Shown: positions 23,601-37,900 of the stretch, piece after piece
Layout of the letters: each line of letters opens with the position of its first letter
Position numbering within the stretch: the first letter of the stretch is position 1
Assembly (NCBI GenBank): GCA_022605425.2
Contig: CM061252.1
Coordinates: 496,001 to 560,000, forward strand
Reading direction: 5' to 3'
Length of the DNA: 64,000 bases
Origin: Hamiltosporidium tvaerminnensis FI-OER-3-3
Taxonomy: Eukaryota > Fungi > Microsporidia
Position numbers and translations under genes: made by a program
Notes under the pieces: generated by a model
What the model was told of the DNA's origin: nothing
Database searches by the model: none
Seen by the model: only the letters and a program-made list of their open reading frames with translations

Positions 23601-26299
23601 ACAAAGCGATTGAAATTATGTTTCTAAAATACATCATAGGAATATCTCGATGATACCTATTAAGATACTAGAAATTCAGACAGAACCATCCAACGAATCT
23701 TTTAGAAGATAGACAGTGAAATTCCGGGGTTTCAACATCGCAGCAGAATTAAAAAAATCAAAGAATTATTATAAAGAACATTTAAAGCAAAATACGTAGG
23801 AAACCCCAAATGATAGACCTATGATGAAATGTATTGACATTTTAAACTTTATTTCTTAACAGCAGAATAAACCCGGGGAGTTAAGCGCATTAGTCAACGA
23901 ATGTTTTCTTTGTCGTTCCATCTGTTCCGACCCAATATTTAGAAGCCCAGATGATAAAATAATTTAACAGTAATTTCCTATTCAAAAATTTTCTTCTATT
24001 CTTTTTTAACCAAAAGCACAAAACAGGTTAAATTAGAGTAATCAGAATGTTTTTCTTTGAGGAAATCGAAATATTCATTAGAATTTTTAAAAATAACGGA
24101 AATAAATTCGGAATTTGTTGCATATTTTCGAATATCCTATATTTTTATTATTTGTTTTTTTTAAATTTTAATTTTCGACAAAGAGCATCTAAAGGCAATA
24201 CAATATTACTGGACTTTGAGCTCGTATCCACGAACTTTCTTTTACATTCCTAAGAAAAATCCCGAAAATTTTTCTAAACATCACTATCGTAGCTATAGTT
24301 TCCTAACATTTTCAATAAAAATTTTATATTCACACCTAGTCTGTTCCTCGTAGATTTTTAAGTCGTTCAGTTTTGGATTATTTGCCGTTCTTTTGCATTT
24401 CCTAAATAAAATTTAGAATATTTTTTAATTAGCATATTCTCCTCCTTCTGTTTTATTTACTTTCAATTTTTCAGAGCTTCAGCTCGGCATTTTATGTTTA
24501 GACTGTTCGCTTTCTACCTCTTTTTATTCAATTCTGTCTTTTTTATCGAAGAAATTTATCCAGAAATTGAATTTTCTTTGTCTGAAAACACTGTTCTTTT
24601 AAATATATGCTGTATTATTAAATTTATTTATTCTAAAAATTCTTAGTCATTTTTATTAAAAATCAGTTCATTTAATCAAGAAGTAAGATCCATGAAGCTA
24701 TTCAGGCAATATTTGTGTTATGCAATTATTATTGAGAATATAAATATATTACACAGAAGAACGGCAAAAAGCAATAATTGTATCAAAAGTTTTTTTATGC
24801 AACTGTAAATTCTTAGAAAAAAATCAGAATAAATTAATTGATTTTTTTTTCACAAATGGAAATTTATGGAAAATGAAAAAAACAAATTTATCATGTTATT
24901 CTTAATAAATACAAAATCTGGAAACAATTTTAACAGAGTTTATTTCAAATATCTTTTTGAAACGAATAGAATCTTTTTATGTGTTTTATGTTCAGTTCTA
25001 CTCACTATTATTTGTTGTGTAAGTTTAATGAACAAATAGAAAGCGACATATCTTAATTAGAGCACGCATCTTGGTGTATTATATTCTTTTAACCAATTAA
25101 ACATTTCGAGGTGAGTTGTCGTCGTCGTTAGAACATTACTGAATTATATAAATGATTATTCAAAACCTTCTAAAATAACAAAAAATGAAACTTAAAACTA
25201 GAAAATAAAAGAAAATTCAAAGCATTTAATGGTGATTGGTTCAAATCATGGAATTCTAATAGGCTGTTTTAATATACTCTCTTCACTGTTTACTTTTATG
25301 CCAAATAAATGATTAATCAATTTTTAATGACCAGAATAACAAATAAGAAAAGTACTTTGAACACATTTATGCCGTTTGCTCTTATTAAAGTTTTTTTTTG
25401 GTAACACTCATAACTTTTCGAAGAAATATTTATTTTTTTCAATTAATATTACCATATATTTCAATCTAGACTGTTTTCTCCTCTATGCATCAAATAACAA
25501 AATAAGACTCGTGTTATAAGTTTTCTTCTACATATATTTGCCTAAAGCGGGGTATAGAATATACTACTTTAAACATACATATAATTTGCTTGAAACCCAA
25601 TACTTAAGAAATTTTACAAACTCTCATACAATGCCAGTTTAAATGACACATGCACTGCCTTCTTCCAAACCCTTATATACTTTTATAAGTTTTACATTAG
25701 TTCTGATATAAGTACGCTGGTTAAAGATTTTTTAGATTAAAAGACGCTTATTAATTAACAATTAATTATAATTTTGAGTACGCGTATTTTTCATTTCTTC
25801 ATTGACAATGAAAATCAATGTTTTGATCTGCGTTGCCACTGTATTTGAAAAAAAACACGTTCAGTTTTTTTACTTCCTAATTGTTTCTGGATATATATAT
25901 ATAATGAGTCTATTATAGATATTTCAAATAGTAAAACTGTCGCTTTGTTCATCAAAATAAATGTCAAAAAAGCCTGTAATATTGTTAAATTGTATTATAA
26001 GTGGAGTTTTGATTGTGAACAAGTCGCGAATGTATTTTAGAATATTTAAGCGATTCATTCCTATGGCATAGCTTTATAAATTTTAAAAAAAATCTTAATG
26101 ATTCAAAATTATACGAAACTAAATTAGGCTTTTGATGAAAGTCGGAGGAATTTTGTTTAAATTTCTACCCTTAAATAACTGATATCAAATTAATAAAGTT
26201 AAATAATTTAAAATTTTTACGATTTAAAATAATAGAAAGAAAAAGTTGAGAGCGAAAATATAAAAAATAAAAGACCAAAAACTGTAAACAACGGACATA

Positions 26300-29000
26300 T
26301 TGCAAGATAGATTAAATTGAGCGATGTAGATGTAGCAACAATATCTTACAGACTTCGACTGACCATCCACCTACCACCAGGCAATAGTTGCCAGACTAAG
26401 CCGTTCTACCCGTTTAAAACCATACAGTCGTCCCCCTGTCCATATTCGTCTGCGTTTAGAGCTTCCAAGATCATGGAAAACCGCAATACAGCAGCTATTC
26501 CCGAACGAAACCGACTGTTAGAATTACATTCTATAGATGACTCTGTCATAGACATGGAGCAAGAAACGACTAGATATGCCATTCTTGCGGTGTAAATGAT
26601 GTTTGGGAGGATGCCCAAAAATAGATGGTCAGCAATCCTTAGGTACTATAATAGCAAATAGTAGCGAACTGCTAGAATCGAAGTGTTAAAAAAAATAAAA
26701 GAAATGAAGCAGAAAGGAATTGAGAGCGACGTAGAATCGCCACTTGTCTCACCGAGCTATGTAATTTGTTTGGTACTAAATTCCATATTAAAACGAGAGA
26801 GAAGTTCTAGGTAAAAACAAGAAACTTACGGAGGAAAAATCGAACATATAGTGATCCGAACTAGAAAGCGTCTAAGTTTATTTGATAGTGAAGTTTTGAA
26901 CCCAATAAATCAAATAACTGGCGAATATGCTATATCCTTGTATCTAAAACCGTACTGATGCATCTAGAATCATTTAGGCAGCCCATGGATACTATAATGA
27001 GGTGACACGTAAGGTAAAAATCAGATCCGCTTGGATGAAAAACATAGAAAGTAAAATTTCTAAGCCATAATTTCCTCGTATCCTTCGTGAAAGCTCGTAG
27101 CTAGGAAAAGCTCTGCTCTTAAGAAACGAAAGTCTCAAAAAATCATGCGAAATTCAAAATTTTACGGTGTAACTGATCTTTCTAAAGTTTTAGTTAAGAA
27201 GAATGTGTCTTAAAATATCCACAAAAAAAATTAAGATGTATGAGAGTAGGTAGCAATTCCGAAAAAAAATAATACGATGTACGAGTTATTCCGAGTTCGT
27301 TCTTATCTTAGGTTGCTTGAGCGTTGCATTCGAGCATGTGATCAATTGAAACGGAATTTTAGAATTATTGTCTAAAAAGTAGAACAAAGAAGATAAACTA
27401 GTTACTTAGGAAAGGGTTTAATGCCCTTTGCGTCGATTTCTCATCAGATCACGTTTCCTTTGCTTGAAAAGCTTTAGATATTATCAACTTGCTTCGTAAC
27501 CGAAGATGCTTGAATTGATAGTATTTAAATTTTCTACATCAAGAAACTTAAAAGTATTATAAATATCTTTATAATATTGTAAAAATCATATTTTAAGAAG
27601 GAACGCCTTAAACCGAATGGTATTGCTGCGAACTTACTTATCTGATATCCAAAAGTACAACGAAGACCGGTTCTGATTGCAGATTAATTACCCGTATGTC
27701 CACTTTTAAAAGCGAAAAACAAAACCTATTAAGTTTGTTTTACAATTAAAGAATGAAGGCGAGAATTACTTCAGAAAATCAGTTGAGAGCTGTTAGAGGA
27801 GTCTAAAGAGAGTAAAAAGGCGGGCCTGGAAATTTCTATTGATAACAATAATATGAAAACAATATAAAGCAACGTGGATTATATAAAAGGCTTAAATTAA
27901 GTATATTATACCTATTTGAGTAAATATACGAATACATTAATTTCCTGGATTGAATCATAAAATTATGCAGATAGAAATATAAAAATGGAAATTTAATATT
28001 TCACTGAGCCATTAAAATGAGAACAAGAAGATTGATAGAGAGATTTTGTCAAGAGATAGTCTGTCATCACTATTGTTTGTCATAAGATTAAATCATTGAG
28101 CAAAAAGCCTGATTGAAATACACAATTGGAAATACAAACGAAGAGGTATCATATTCGACCAACAATTTCTTGTTATTTGCTGAATTTAGGAACCTTATAA
28201 AGATGAAAAATTATGGAAAAAATCACAGAGGAGGTTTAAAGATTTATGCACAACATGTGTTTTGAGATCAATAGAGAGAATTCGATCACGAATGATCTGT
28301 GTAGTAAAGAGCCTGATACCTTTCTTAGGGAATGGATTTTTAGAAAAACTTTGGAATAATAGAAGATAACAAAGAAATCCCAACATTGGGAATTCTTTGG
28401 AAGTACGAAAAAATCTATAGCTAGAATAGAAAGACTTTTCCGCCTGAGATTGAATGCAATAAATTCATTGCTAGCCATCAATCAACATGCAATCTTTCTA
28501 CTGAACCATTACATAGGCATAAATCGTCTTAAATAAGCCACTTCTTTAAGTTATATGAGGCAGTACATGTGATGTTGGTAAAGAATAAGATCACTTTCAG
28601 CAAGGGTGTAGAGAATATCTATACCTTCCCGCAAAAACCCGAAAGAGGATTAAATTATGCAGAAATAGAGGCGAAAATATGTTTTTACAACTCTTGGATA
28701 TTAAATGAGAAATTTAAGGATATATCGATCAGAAAGAAGATCAGCAATAATAAAGGGTAAAAACAACTATAAAACTTGCTTTGTACTGATAAAAAGCTTT
28801 TTAATAATAAAATCCAGTTGGCAGAGGAAGTCAAAAAGAGGAAATTAGAAGTATCTCAACTAGCAGCGATTCAAATGAAATTATAATTTCGCATTAAAAT
28901 ATATGATTTAAAAGTAATTAATATTCCCATTGGTATTATACTTGTTAACGGTGGAAAGCCATTTTTCAAACTCATCAAAAGGCAAATAAAAAACGACAGT
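26300..29000 (+). mobile_element. Degenerate REL-type non-LTR retrotransposon body
   Basis: KIDREILSRDSLSSLLF (~28030-28078, resembling RGILQGDSLSPLLF), ITRMS (~27690), AINQHAIFLLNHYIG (~28475-28520); resembles the 6.2-9.8 kb element in opposite orientation. Confidence 0.7.
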
Positions 29001-29799
29001 GACTTAGAGCAAAAATTTCTATTGAAACAATAAGAATTGGCTAAATCATGTAATGTTTCTAATGGAACTCTAAAAATTGCCATTCTTTCTCTAAATGAAA
29101 TCATTTCAGCTGTTTTTTAGTTATACGAAATATACAGAATATTTCTTCAATACTTTTGAAAACTCTAAAATTGGAGTTCAAGTATAATTTATATCATTTA
29201 ATGATTCAAAATTGATTTCTTATATGATCCCACTAGAGCAATGCATGGTTTTCCAGAAGCAACCACAACTGTTTCCATTAAATACATGTGTTCTAATACA
29301 AAACACCTCTTTTATTCCTTTGAAAGAATTAGTGACCCGAATAAATAGTTTAAGTAGAAGAAGCAGTTTTGGGCGGGAAAAGTATAATGGGGTCGTCTTA
29401 CTAGTCAAATATCTGTATCTGAGCCATTACGAGCACAAAAATGAAGGGCTATATGCAAAACTTTTCAAATAGAACGTTTGATGCTGAAAAAAATGCTATT
29501 TATGATTTTTTCTCTTTGGAAGTATTTATACTCCGGTGCACGGTAAAACTTATTTATATTTAGAAAAAATCTAGATTTTTCTCAGTATTTTGTGAACAAT
29601 TAGACAAATTTTGCATCATAATCAGGTTTGATTTCAGCCATAATGCAAAATTTATGGTGGCGAGTTAATAGTTTTAACCAAAACTAATTTTAATAGTAGG
29701 CTTAAGTTGGCAGATTACATTTAAGAATTTAATTTTGAAATAATTATTGATGTAAAATTCGAAAAACACTGTTCTGAAAATTATTGCAATTCTATATTA

Positions 29800-31190
29800 T
29801 AGGGTTTTTCGATCAATATAAAAATTTTTGCAATCAATATTATAATTATTTTTAAAAAATAGAAATTTAAAAAATAATTTATTCATTATAAAATTAACTC
29901 CCATGTCAAATTCCTTTTTAGGTAAAAATACCAAAAAGAACAAATATGATTTTCATGTCGGTGAAACACCGGAATGTACAGAGTGTGAAAATGACAATGT
30001 TGTGAAGTGTCTTGTTGAAACATCGGGATCAAATGATGAAAATCTCTTCATAACCACTATTCCAACTCGGAGGAAACAAAAAGTTTCTATTAATGATCAG
30101 GAACGCATAATTGAAAAGATATTAGAAGGCTATTCTATGTCCGCAATTGCCTCGATGTATCGAATAAATTTCCAGACGGTTAATAGTATCGTTAGACGAT
30201 ATTTAAAAACCGGCTTGGTATTTGTCGAGAAAATAGGCGCTCAAGGTTAACTTTGGAAATAAAAGAGAGCTTACAAACCTATGTTGATTTGGAGACTACA
30301 AAAACCCTTATGAGTTGGCAGAATGGGTCAAGTGTACATTTAATGTTGATGTGTCAATTAGTACAATTGATCGCGCACTAAGGGAGTTCCATTACACTCC
30401 AAAGCGTGTAAAATTAGTGCCTGAGCGTAGAAATACACTTTCGACAATTAAGCTAAGAACCAATTATGCAACTAGTTTTCGTGAGTTGGAGGTTGATAAC
30501 GATGACAAAAACTTTGTCTTTTTAGATGAAGTTGGGTTTGCAGTAGTCACACGCCCCAGTAGAGGTCGTAACATGAGAGGTGCATCTGCATACCTATCTG
30601 TAACAGCAGCTCGAAGTAGAAATATTTCAGTAGTCGCAGCAATGAACAAATATGGTATGATATACCATAAGATTCATGAGAGAGCCGTAAATGGTGAGGA
30701 TTTCAAATTATCCATTAAGGAGATTAATGAAAGTTGTCAACGGCAAGGAATTTCGATTCCAATATTTGTAATGGACAATGCGAGAATTCATCACTATCGG
30801 GGATTGAATGATGATGAGGAAATCGCTTCGTATCGATTAAAATATCTTCCACCTTTCTCTCCATTTCTTAATCCAATTAAGAATGTGTTCTCAGTCTGGA
30901 AAAATAAAGTAATTCGAGGTGGTGCTCGTACTGAGCCTCAGTTGAGAATATTAATTTGTGAAAAAATTAATGAGATCACGGGAGAACATTGTAGTTCTTT
31001 TTACCGTAAAATGTTAGGATATTTGCAAAAGGCTGAAGTAGGGCAAGTGATTCTTGAATAGATAATCTCCAGTACTATTTATAATTTTATTTTTTAAAAA
31101 TAATTATTATATTGATTATAAGGGTTATGACATTGATTGAAACAATTATGATATTGATCGAAAAATTAATATATTGATCGAAAAACCCTA
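29800..31190 (+). mobile_element. Tc1/IS630-family DNA transposon, copy 2 (short TIR arrays)
   Basis: Same TA|TAGGGTTTTTCGATCAATAT termini as copy 1; transposase highly similar to copy 1. Confidence 0.95.
29903..31061 (+). pseudogene. Split DD34E transposase
   Basis: ORFs 29903-30250 and 30315-31061; deletion near 30230 relative to copy 1; third catalytic E replaced by K (NPIKNVF). Confidence 0.9.
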
Positions 31191-31289
31191 TAAATGAACG
31201 GGATATTATTTAAGCCTTAATATTATAATATGACTATTTAAAAATATTCGTTATTATAGGCAAAGGTTTTTAACCTTTTTCCCCTGAAA

Positions 31290-31662
31290 TCATACATTCA
31301 GTCGATGGTGCTTAAGAAGACAGTTGGAACGATTCCCCCTATTCCACGAAGAAAACCTAGGTTGAACTAAATGCCGAAGAGAGTGTGAAAAGAGCGTACC
31401 GCAGTGTTAATAAGCGAGCCGAGATGTACGATAAATTAACGTCTCTTTTGAAACAAGCGATTAAAGAGTAAGATGGTGTTAATCTTTTAAAGCCAAAAAT
31501 TAATGAATATTATATATTATATGGAGGAACCAAATTAGAAAAACTTACAATAAACATAACCGAAGACTCCGATTTAGAAGGAAAAAAGTTGGTGGTGCAA
31601 GAGCAGAAGAAAATATTAAAGTGTGAAAAAATACGGTTTTGCTTAGGGATTTATTGAATAAA
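31290..31662 (+). mobile_element. Degenerate 3' end of REL-type non-LTR retrotransposon
   Basis: YIQSMVLKKTVGTI...NAEES..RA aligns with YIQSIVLKKTVETI...NAEESWERA of ORF 58930-59769; ends in TTTATTGAATAAA. Confidence 0.75.
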
Positions 31663-33769
31663 TTTTCCTGATTAATTATTTTTTCCACTTTTGCTTCTAT
31701 AAAGTCTTACCAATATTTTCATATTTAAAATTTCCACTGTTTAAATTAGATTCTAATATTCTTTCTGCTCGGTTTTGAAGCATTGGTTACTAAAAATATA
31801 GATTAATTTTGTTGTTATTATATTCTGGTTCAAAATTGTTTATTTATTGCGTCTCCTTAGAAAATGCATTAATTATGGTAAGCAAATGTGAATAAGAACA
31901 AAGAAAAAATATTTTTTGATGAATCCTTCTATATAAATTGTATTTCTCTTACTTGAATCAAGCTTTTAAATTAATATACGAAAAAATGTGTATTCAAAGG
32001 AGAGAAAAAAAACTGTGAGAAGACAAATATATAAAAAAAAATATACACTTAAAGACAAATTTTTTTTATTTGGTAATGATTTTACTTAATTTCTTTTTAA
32101 CCTTTTTTAAGTAAATATTTTTTCATATATTTTTATAATTTCTTTTTATTGTTTTACTTTGGTTTTTTTATTCTTTTTAAATTTTTTTGCGACCACAATG
32201 GTTTTGTTTTATCAAAATCTTTAAATTCTTTACAAAATAATTAATTTTTCGTTAAAAAAGGCATAGGACGAATTTTTTTCAGACTTATCCGATTTAGAAA
32301 GTGTGAGGATCTGCTGATTTAATTTGAACGGTGTAAAAGTCAATAATAGGGTACAGAATATGGGGGGTGAATCTTTATAAAATACTACATTTATTATGTT
32401 TTGTAACTTAGCATAATCAAGTGGAATAATTGATTCTTCTTATAATCAATCCTTCTTCGATGATTAAAATTAACTTGGTTTGTATTAATGCTATGAAACA
32501 CAATGATAAGTACTCCGATCATTTCTGTAAAAATAAACTACTTTAATTTCGGGAAAAGTATATTTTCATAAGAAAATTTTAATTGACATTAGAATCATTC
32601 GAGAAGGAAACAAAACTTCATTCCTTTATATCGTAGTAATTAAAAATTGGCGTACAGATACAAAAGGAAGCGATAGAAAAAAAATATGAATGAAATACCG
32701 TAGTATTCAACTAGACAAAACATTGGTTAGAATCATAATATGAAATTTATAAAAGAATATAAATTTATTTACCTCATGGTAAAAATGACAAAAAACTGAG
32801 AGAAGAACATAAGCCCTGATAAAATACCGCTCTTTTACAATAACTACCGCATCTAGCTGATTATTAATCTTTTTAGTCTACAGTGAATTCCGTCGACACG
32901 CAGAGTTATTTAACTTTGGGATGCTGACAGAATTATGGCATTATGACTTCATTTTAAAAATTTAATGCAAACATAAAACAATAGCTGTAAAACTTTGTAA
33001 ATTTCACAAAAATAAACTAAATAGTAGCAAAATGCTTCTACCTTGAACAAAACTTAAATTTAAACGGAAAACAAATATTTTCTATCAATGAAAATTTAAT
33101 TCGGAAGATTTATAAACGATTTTTGGAAATCAAAAGAGCTGTAAATCGAGACAGGCGAATAAATTGTCAAAAACAAATTTCTTACAAAGGTAGGTTAAAA
33201 AACATCCTTTAGAAAATTATAAAGTTTACTCGACATAAGAAACGATATTTAATTTAAAATATTATTGAATACGCAAGAATTAACGAAATTTACTTATTGG
33301 TCGGTATTGAGAAGGAGTTTTTTTGCAATTCTTGCAAATATAAAGACACCTAAAAAATAATCGGCCAGGTTTATATAAGTTAAATTTAAATACCAAGAAA
33401 TGAAATAAAAACCGGGAGAACTCTATATTCAATGTTTTTATACTAAATATTTATATAATAAACAGATTTAATTTACATACGAGAGAAGAAAATAAAAGTA
33501 CAAAAGTCAGGGTTCCAAATCTGTTAAGAGAAATGAATCTCGAATCTATATGTGAAGTTTATCCATATAAGGAACCAAAAAAATATTTTTTAGTATATTT
33601 AAAAACCTTGATTCTTTTATTCTTCTGCCAAACATCCAATAGGGGTTTAATTTTTTTTCTTTATTTAAAACGTTATAAAGAAGAATTTGGTCAAGAATAA
33701 AATCCCAAGAAAGTCATTTTAACTATTGTAGAAATAAAACAGTTAAAACAATACACAGAGGATATAAAT

Positions 33770-34950
33770 AATATGCCATCTGGGATTTGTTTTTATGGAA
33801 AAAAGGTTGCAAAAACAAAGAACTACGAGTTAATAAATAAAAAATTGTTTTATAAAGAAAGAAGAACGTTTACAAAGAAGCTTTTTCCAATGATTATTTG
33901 AAAGCAAATGTTATATTTAATCTACCTCATCTACTTGATCACAAACGAATGCAGGCAATGTATGAAAAATCGAAAATTCGATTCATCTGGTTCAAAATGA
34001 AAAAACTAATGAAATGTTTAGAAAAGATTAATCCGCAAGAGATAGCAATTTTTATGTCGCATCTCGCATATTACACCCATCGTATTACTAAATCCATGGC
34101 ATATTGTGAAAATAAATTCTGTTGATCTAAGAAATAATGATAATAGAAATAACAAATATAGGTGAATTGTAAACATTTCAGATTGCTATTTCAATTTCTT
34201 TTTCATTTGCACTGAAAAAAAATCAGCAAAAAAATCATGTCTGTTTTAAGAGAAATATTTTATTATAAATGCGCTTCGATTATCGTACAAAACGATAACG
34301 GAAGAGAATTCAAGATTTCTCGTTACTGAATTTCTAAGTTTACATACCGTTTGTTTTGCAAGAGAAAAGCCAAGACATATCCAAAACCAAGGCCAGATCG
34401 AAAGGTTAATCGAATCGTAGTAAAGAAAATAGCGAAGGCATTATCTGGTGTCAAAAAATGAGTTGAAATTCTTGATAAAAATGTATTTGAACACAATATA
34501 TCAGGAAGTCGGTTAATAAACATCTCGCTAATGCAGAAATTTAGAGGTTTCAAATGTATAAATATATTGCCTTATGCTGTCAATACAACAGAATTGGGAA
34601 GAGTAACTGAATTTATAGAAGAAGAATCACTAATTGAATATAATTTAGAATTACATGGGGAAACAAACCTCATACCAATTTATAGTAGCGCTGAACTACA
34701 GGCCACTGCTTTTAGTCCAAAAGAATTCATATAAACCATAGAGGCATTTATTTTTTCGAGAATGGTCAAAGATGCCGATGTTCATTACCACCGTATCGCT
34801 TTAACCGAGGGGACTTTGTTCTGCTTCGAGAATCTTTTGATATGAATCAATTAACACATAGAAACAAAATAGATAGCTTTTATGAAGCAGGACTATTATA
34901 GAGAGAGTTAGCTCTTATGTTTTAAAATCCGTAATGAAAAATATCCAGGT
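33770..34950 (+). pseudogene. Degenerate retroviral-type (rve) integrase, Ginger/Gypsy-like relic
   Basis: HLLDHKRMQAMY (HHCC-like start), VQNDNGREFK (~34284-34313) and HIQNQGQIERL (~34376-34408) match integrase DDE core motifs; broken by stops and frameshifts. Confidence 0.7.
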
Positions 34951-37900
34951 ATACCAAATGTTACCTCTAAAAATTGACTAAAGAAACTAAACTAAAATTC
35001 TTTGTTCCTATATTCCCTTTCTTTTCTTTTTTTTATTATTTCTTTTTATACTACCGTTTTTCTTTTTTTAATGTTTTTTTCGCCTTTTTTCTCTTTTTTA
35101 TTGTTTTTTATATGATTTTATATTTTTTTTATAGTTTTTTTCTTCTTTTTTTTGATTTATTGTTATCTTGGTATAGGTTCGTACTTAGGTAAACTCCACA
35201 TGTGGGTACGAAAATTAATCTAAGAAAATATTAAGAATAAGAAAGTTTAAAAAGACAAAAGTGACAGTGAATTACAAATATTAACAAATATATAAAGTTA
35301 ATAATTATAAATGACATGCTAATTTGACAAATCGCCCATTTAACAACCAAATTAAGCTCAAATATTTTTTATTGTCAATATTCTTTTAATAAGTATTCCG
35401 ATTTTTTTATTTATATTCATATTTTACAGCGAAAGAATAATAATGTAATATTTCTGATGTAAAAAATTTAAGCCAAAGGAAATATATTGTGACAAATATG
35501 AAAAAGAAAGGCTTAAAATACTTAGATTTTCAATGACATCACGTTCCAATATGAATCGCTGTAAAAAAAAATTTTAAAACAATCCACAAATATATGAATC
35601 GAAGATCATAAAGAATGCAAGTCTGATATTAACATGTGCAAAAAAAGTAGTAGCGCCTGTAAAACAAGTATTACGGCTCAATTCTCTGCCGTTATACATC
35701 TCTCAGGTCATATTGGCACAAGAGAAATGCAGCAGAAAATCATCTGAAAATACCAGTATGAGAAGAAAGAACATAAATATTTGTCAAAATATGCCAAAAT
35801 CACACAACACTAGTATTTTAAGCGAAATAAATAACACGGACAACAAATGTAAATTGGGAAAGAAATAATTAGATAGGTTTTTAACAGAAATAGACCCTGA
35901 TAGATAATAAAAATTTCAGATGAATCTTGCATATTTGGGATTTATACACAAAGTTTTTATTTGAGCTATTATTCAGATTGAATTTGGGCGTAAGTGTTCT
36001 AATGCACTTGCAAATCTTTTTACATCTAAGTACCTCAGTTATTATACAAACAGATATTTAAAACGCAAGTGTAAAAGACTATTAAGATATATAGTCCTAA
36101 TCAAAAAATCTTTATTCAAGCAGGAGCAAGGTATTTACAATATCAATAACGGTTAATAGGGCAATCAAAATATAAGAAAATTTCAATAAATTTGAGATGC
36201 TCTAATAGAAAAGATATCAATTTATTTAAGCAATTGATGCCTAGATATAATCAGATTTGAAGCAGAGTATTAAGCAAAAAATTCATGGGGCTCTAGGATT
36301 CTACAACATAAGCAAGGGACATTAGATTTCATTGTAAAATATAAAATTATGCTTTATTAAAAGCCAAATGGTGGAAGAAAGGAAACAAGGAACTAAAGTA
36401 ATAACACAAACAAAATTTTCCTTTTAAAAAACAAATCTTTAGTTAAACTGGTCAACACACCCTTTATTTTCAAAAATGGAGTTAGTCTCATCAAAGATAC
36501 CTTTTATCTGAGTGCCTCGAAAGAGGTTACGAAAAATGCATCTAGAAATCTTTAGCAAAAAGTTATTAAGTACGAATAGAATGCTTTTTTCCAAGAAAAT
36601 TACCCAAGTCTGAAGTAAAATAACAGACAAAGGTGACAAATTAAAATATCTAGATGAAATTTAATCAAGATAACTCTATAGTGAGCGTAAATCATCTTAT
36701 AAAAATCAAGGATTTGATTTTTTTACTAGGATATCGAGGTATATGTTTAGCCGCAGAAGAAATAATGTTGATGTAAACTTCTTTTGTTTCAAATTTAATC
36801 TTGGTTATGTAGTGGTGTTAAGAAATATGTGAAGGAACATTTTAAAGTAAAAAAATGCAGGCTGGTTGGCTATTATGACAAAAGCTTTAAAGATTTGGGG
36901 CTAGAAATAGAGGCAATAGCTTTTTAATATATTTCGAAAGAGAGCAGAATAACGACCATTTATCGCATGAAAATGTATCACTATGACACTTTATCTTATT
37001 TTGACAACAGCATGATTGATTGAAATCTCTTTCTAGCATACAAATTTTATCTTTATGAATAGAATTCACAGTTTTTTTCATAAATTTCATAATGATTATT
37101 TTGCTTTGTTTTCTCCTTTATTTTCTTTTCTTGAAATAAAAAAATTAGAAAGTAGAAAAATGCGAGAAAATACATAAAAAACCGTTATAGTAATAAATGA
37201 ATTTAGGTGTATAAAGTTGATATAATGTACTTTTTCTAGTGTTTATAAGAGACCAATTCTTTTGGATTGTGAAACACTTCATACATCTGTTAATAAATAC
37301 AATTATGATTTATTCAAAAAAAGTTGTGGCAATTTTTCGTAATTTTTTTGTCTTATAAAAAATTATCAATAACATTTCTTAGTGATTCATATCTCTTCGT
37401 TTAGAATATACTTAATGAAAAGTAAATTAGAAAAAATATTTAAAGCTCATAAATTCTTTTATAGATGTCCTAAATCAAATAAGCTTTGTATTTACATATG
37501 TTTTATCTACTCTTGTTGAATATAATAGAATTTTATATGGTAAGTGTGGTGTTTAATTTTTTATATTTACATTTTATTAGTATCAATTTCTTGACAAAAT
37601 TCAAAAAAAAAAGAAAAAATTAATTTATAATTTTTTTAATCGATAAATGTTTTTTTTTAAATTATTTTGCTATTAAAAAAAATTTGAAGGATTTTTTTTT
37701 AGATTAAAAGAAAGTTGCAAAGAATTTTCATCCAAATTAGATTTTAACGTAAAAATAAAAAAATGTATTTAACTAGAAAACATTCATTAAGAATAGCAAT
37801 ATGTTTTACTTAATTATTCATAATCAGTATAAAACACTCCATGTGCTATATTTGAAAAAAATATTTGTATTATTTTTAGATATAATACTGTTATTAGTAT

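Noticed and set aside
26340-26410. HDV-like ribozyme at the 5' end of the 26 kb LINE relic
   Set aside because: A GGCAA-TAG-TTGCC hairpin followed by CTAA is suggestive, but P1/P2/P3 could not be formed.
26300-31662. Single LINE split by Tc1 copy 2
   Set aside because: About 800 bp before the Tc1 is not recognisably LINE and the endonuclease core is missing, so continuity cannot be shown.
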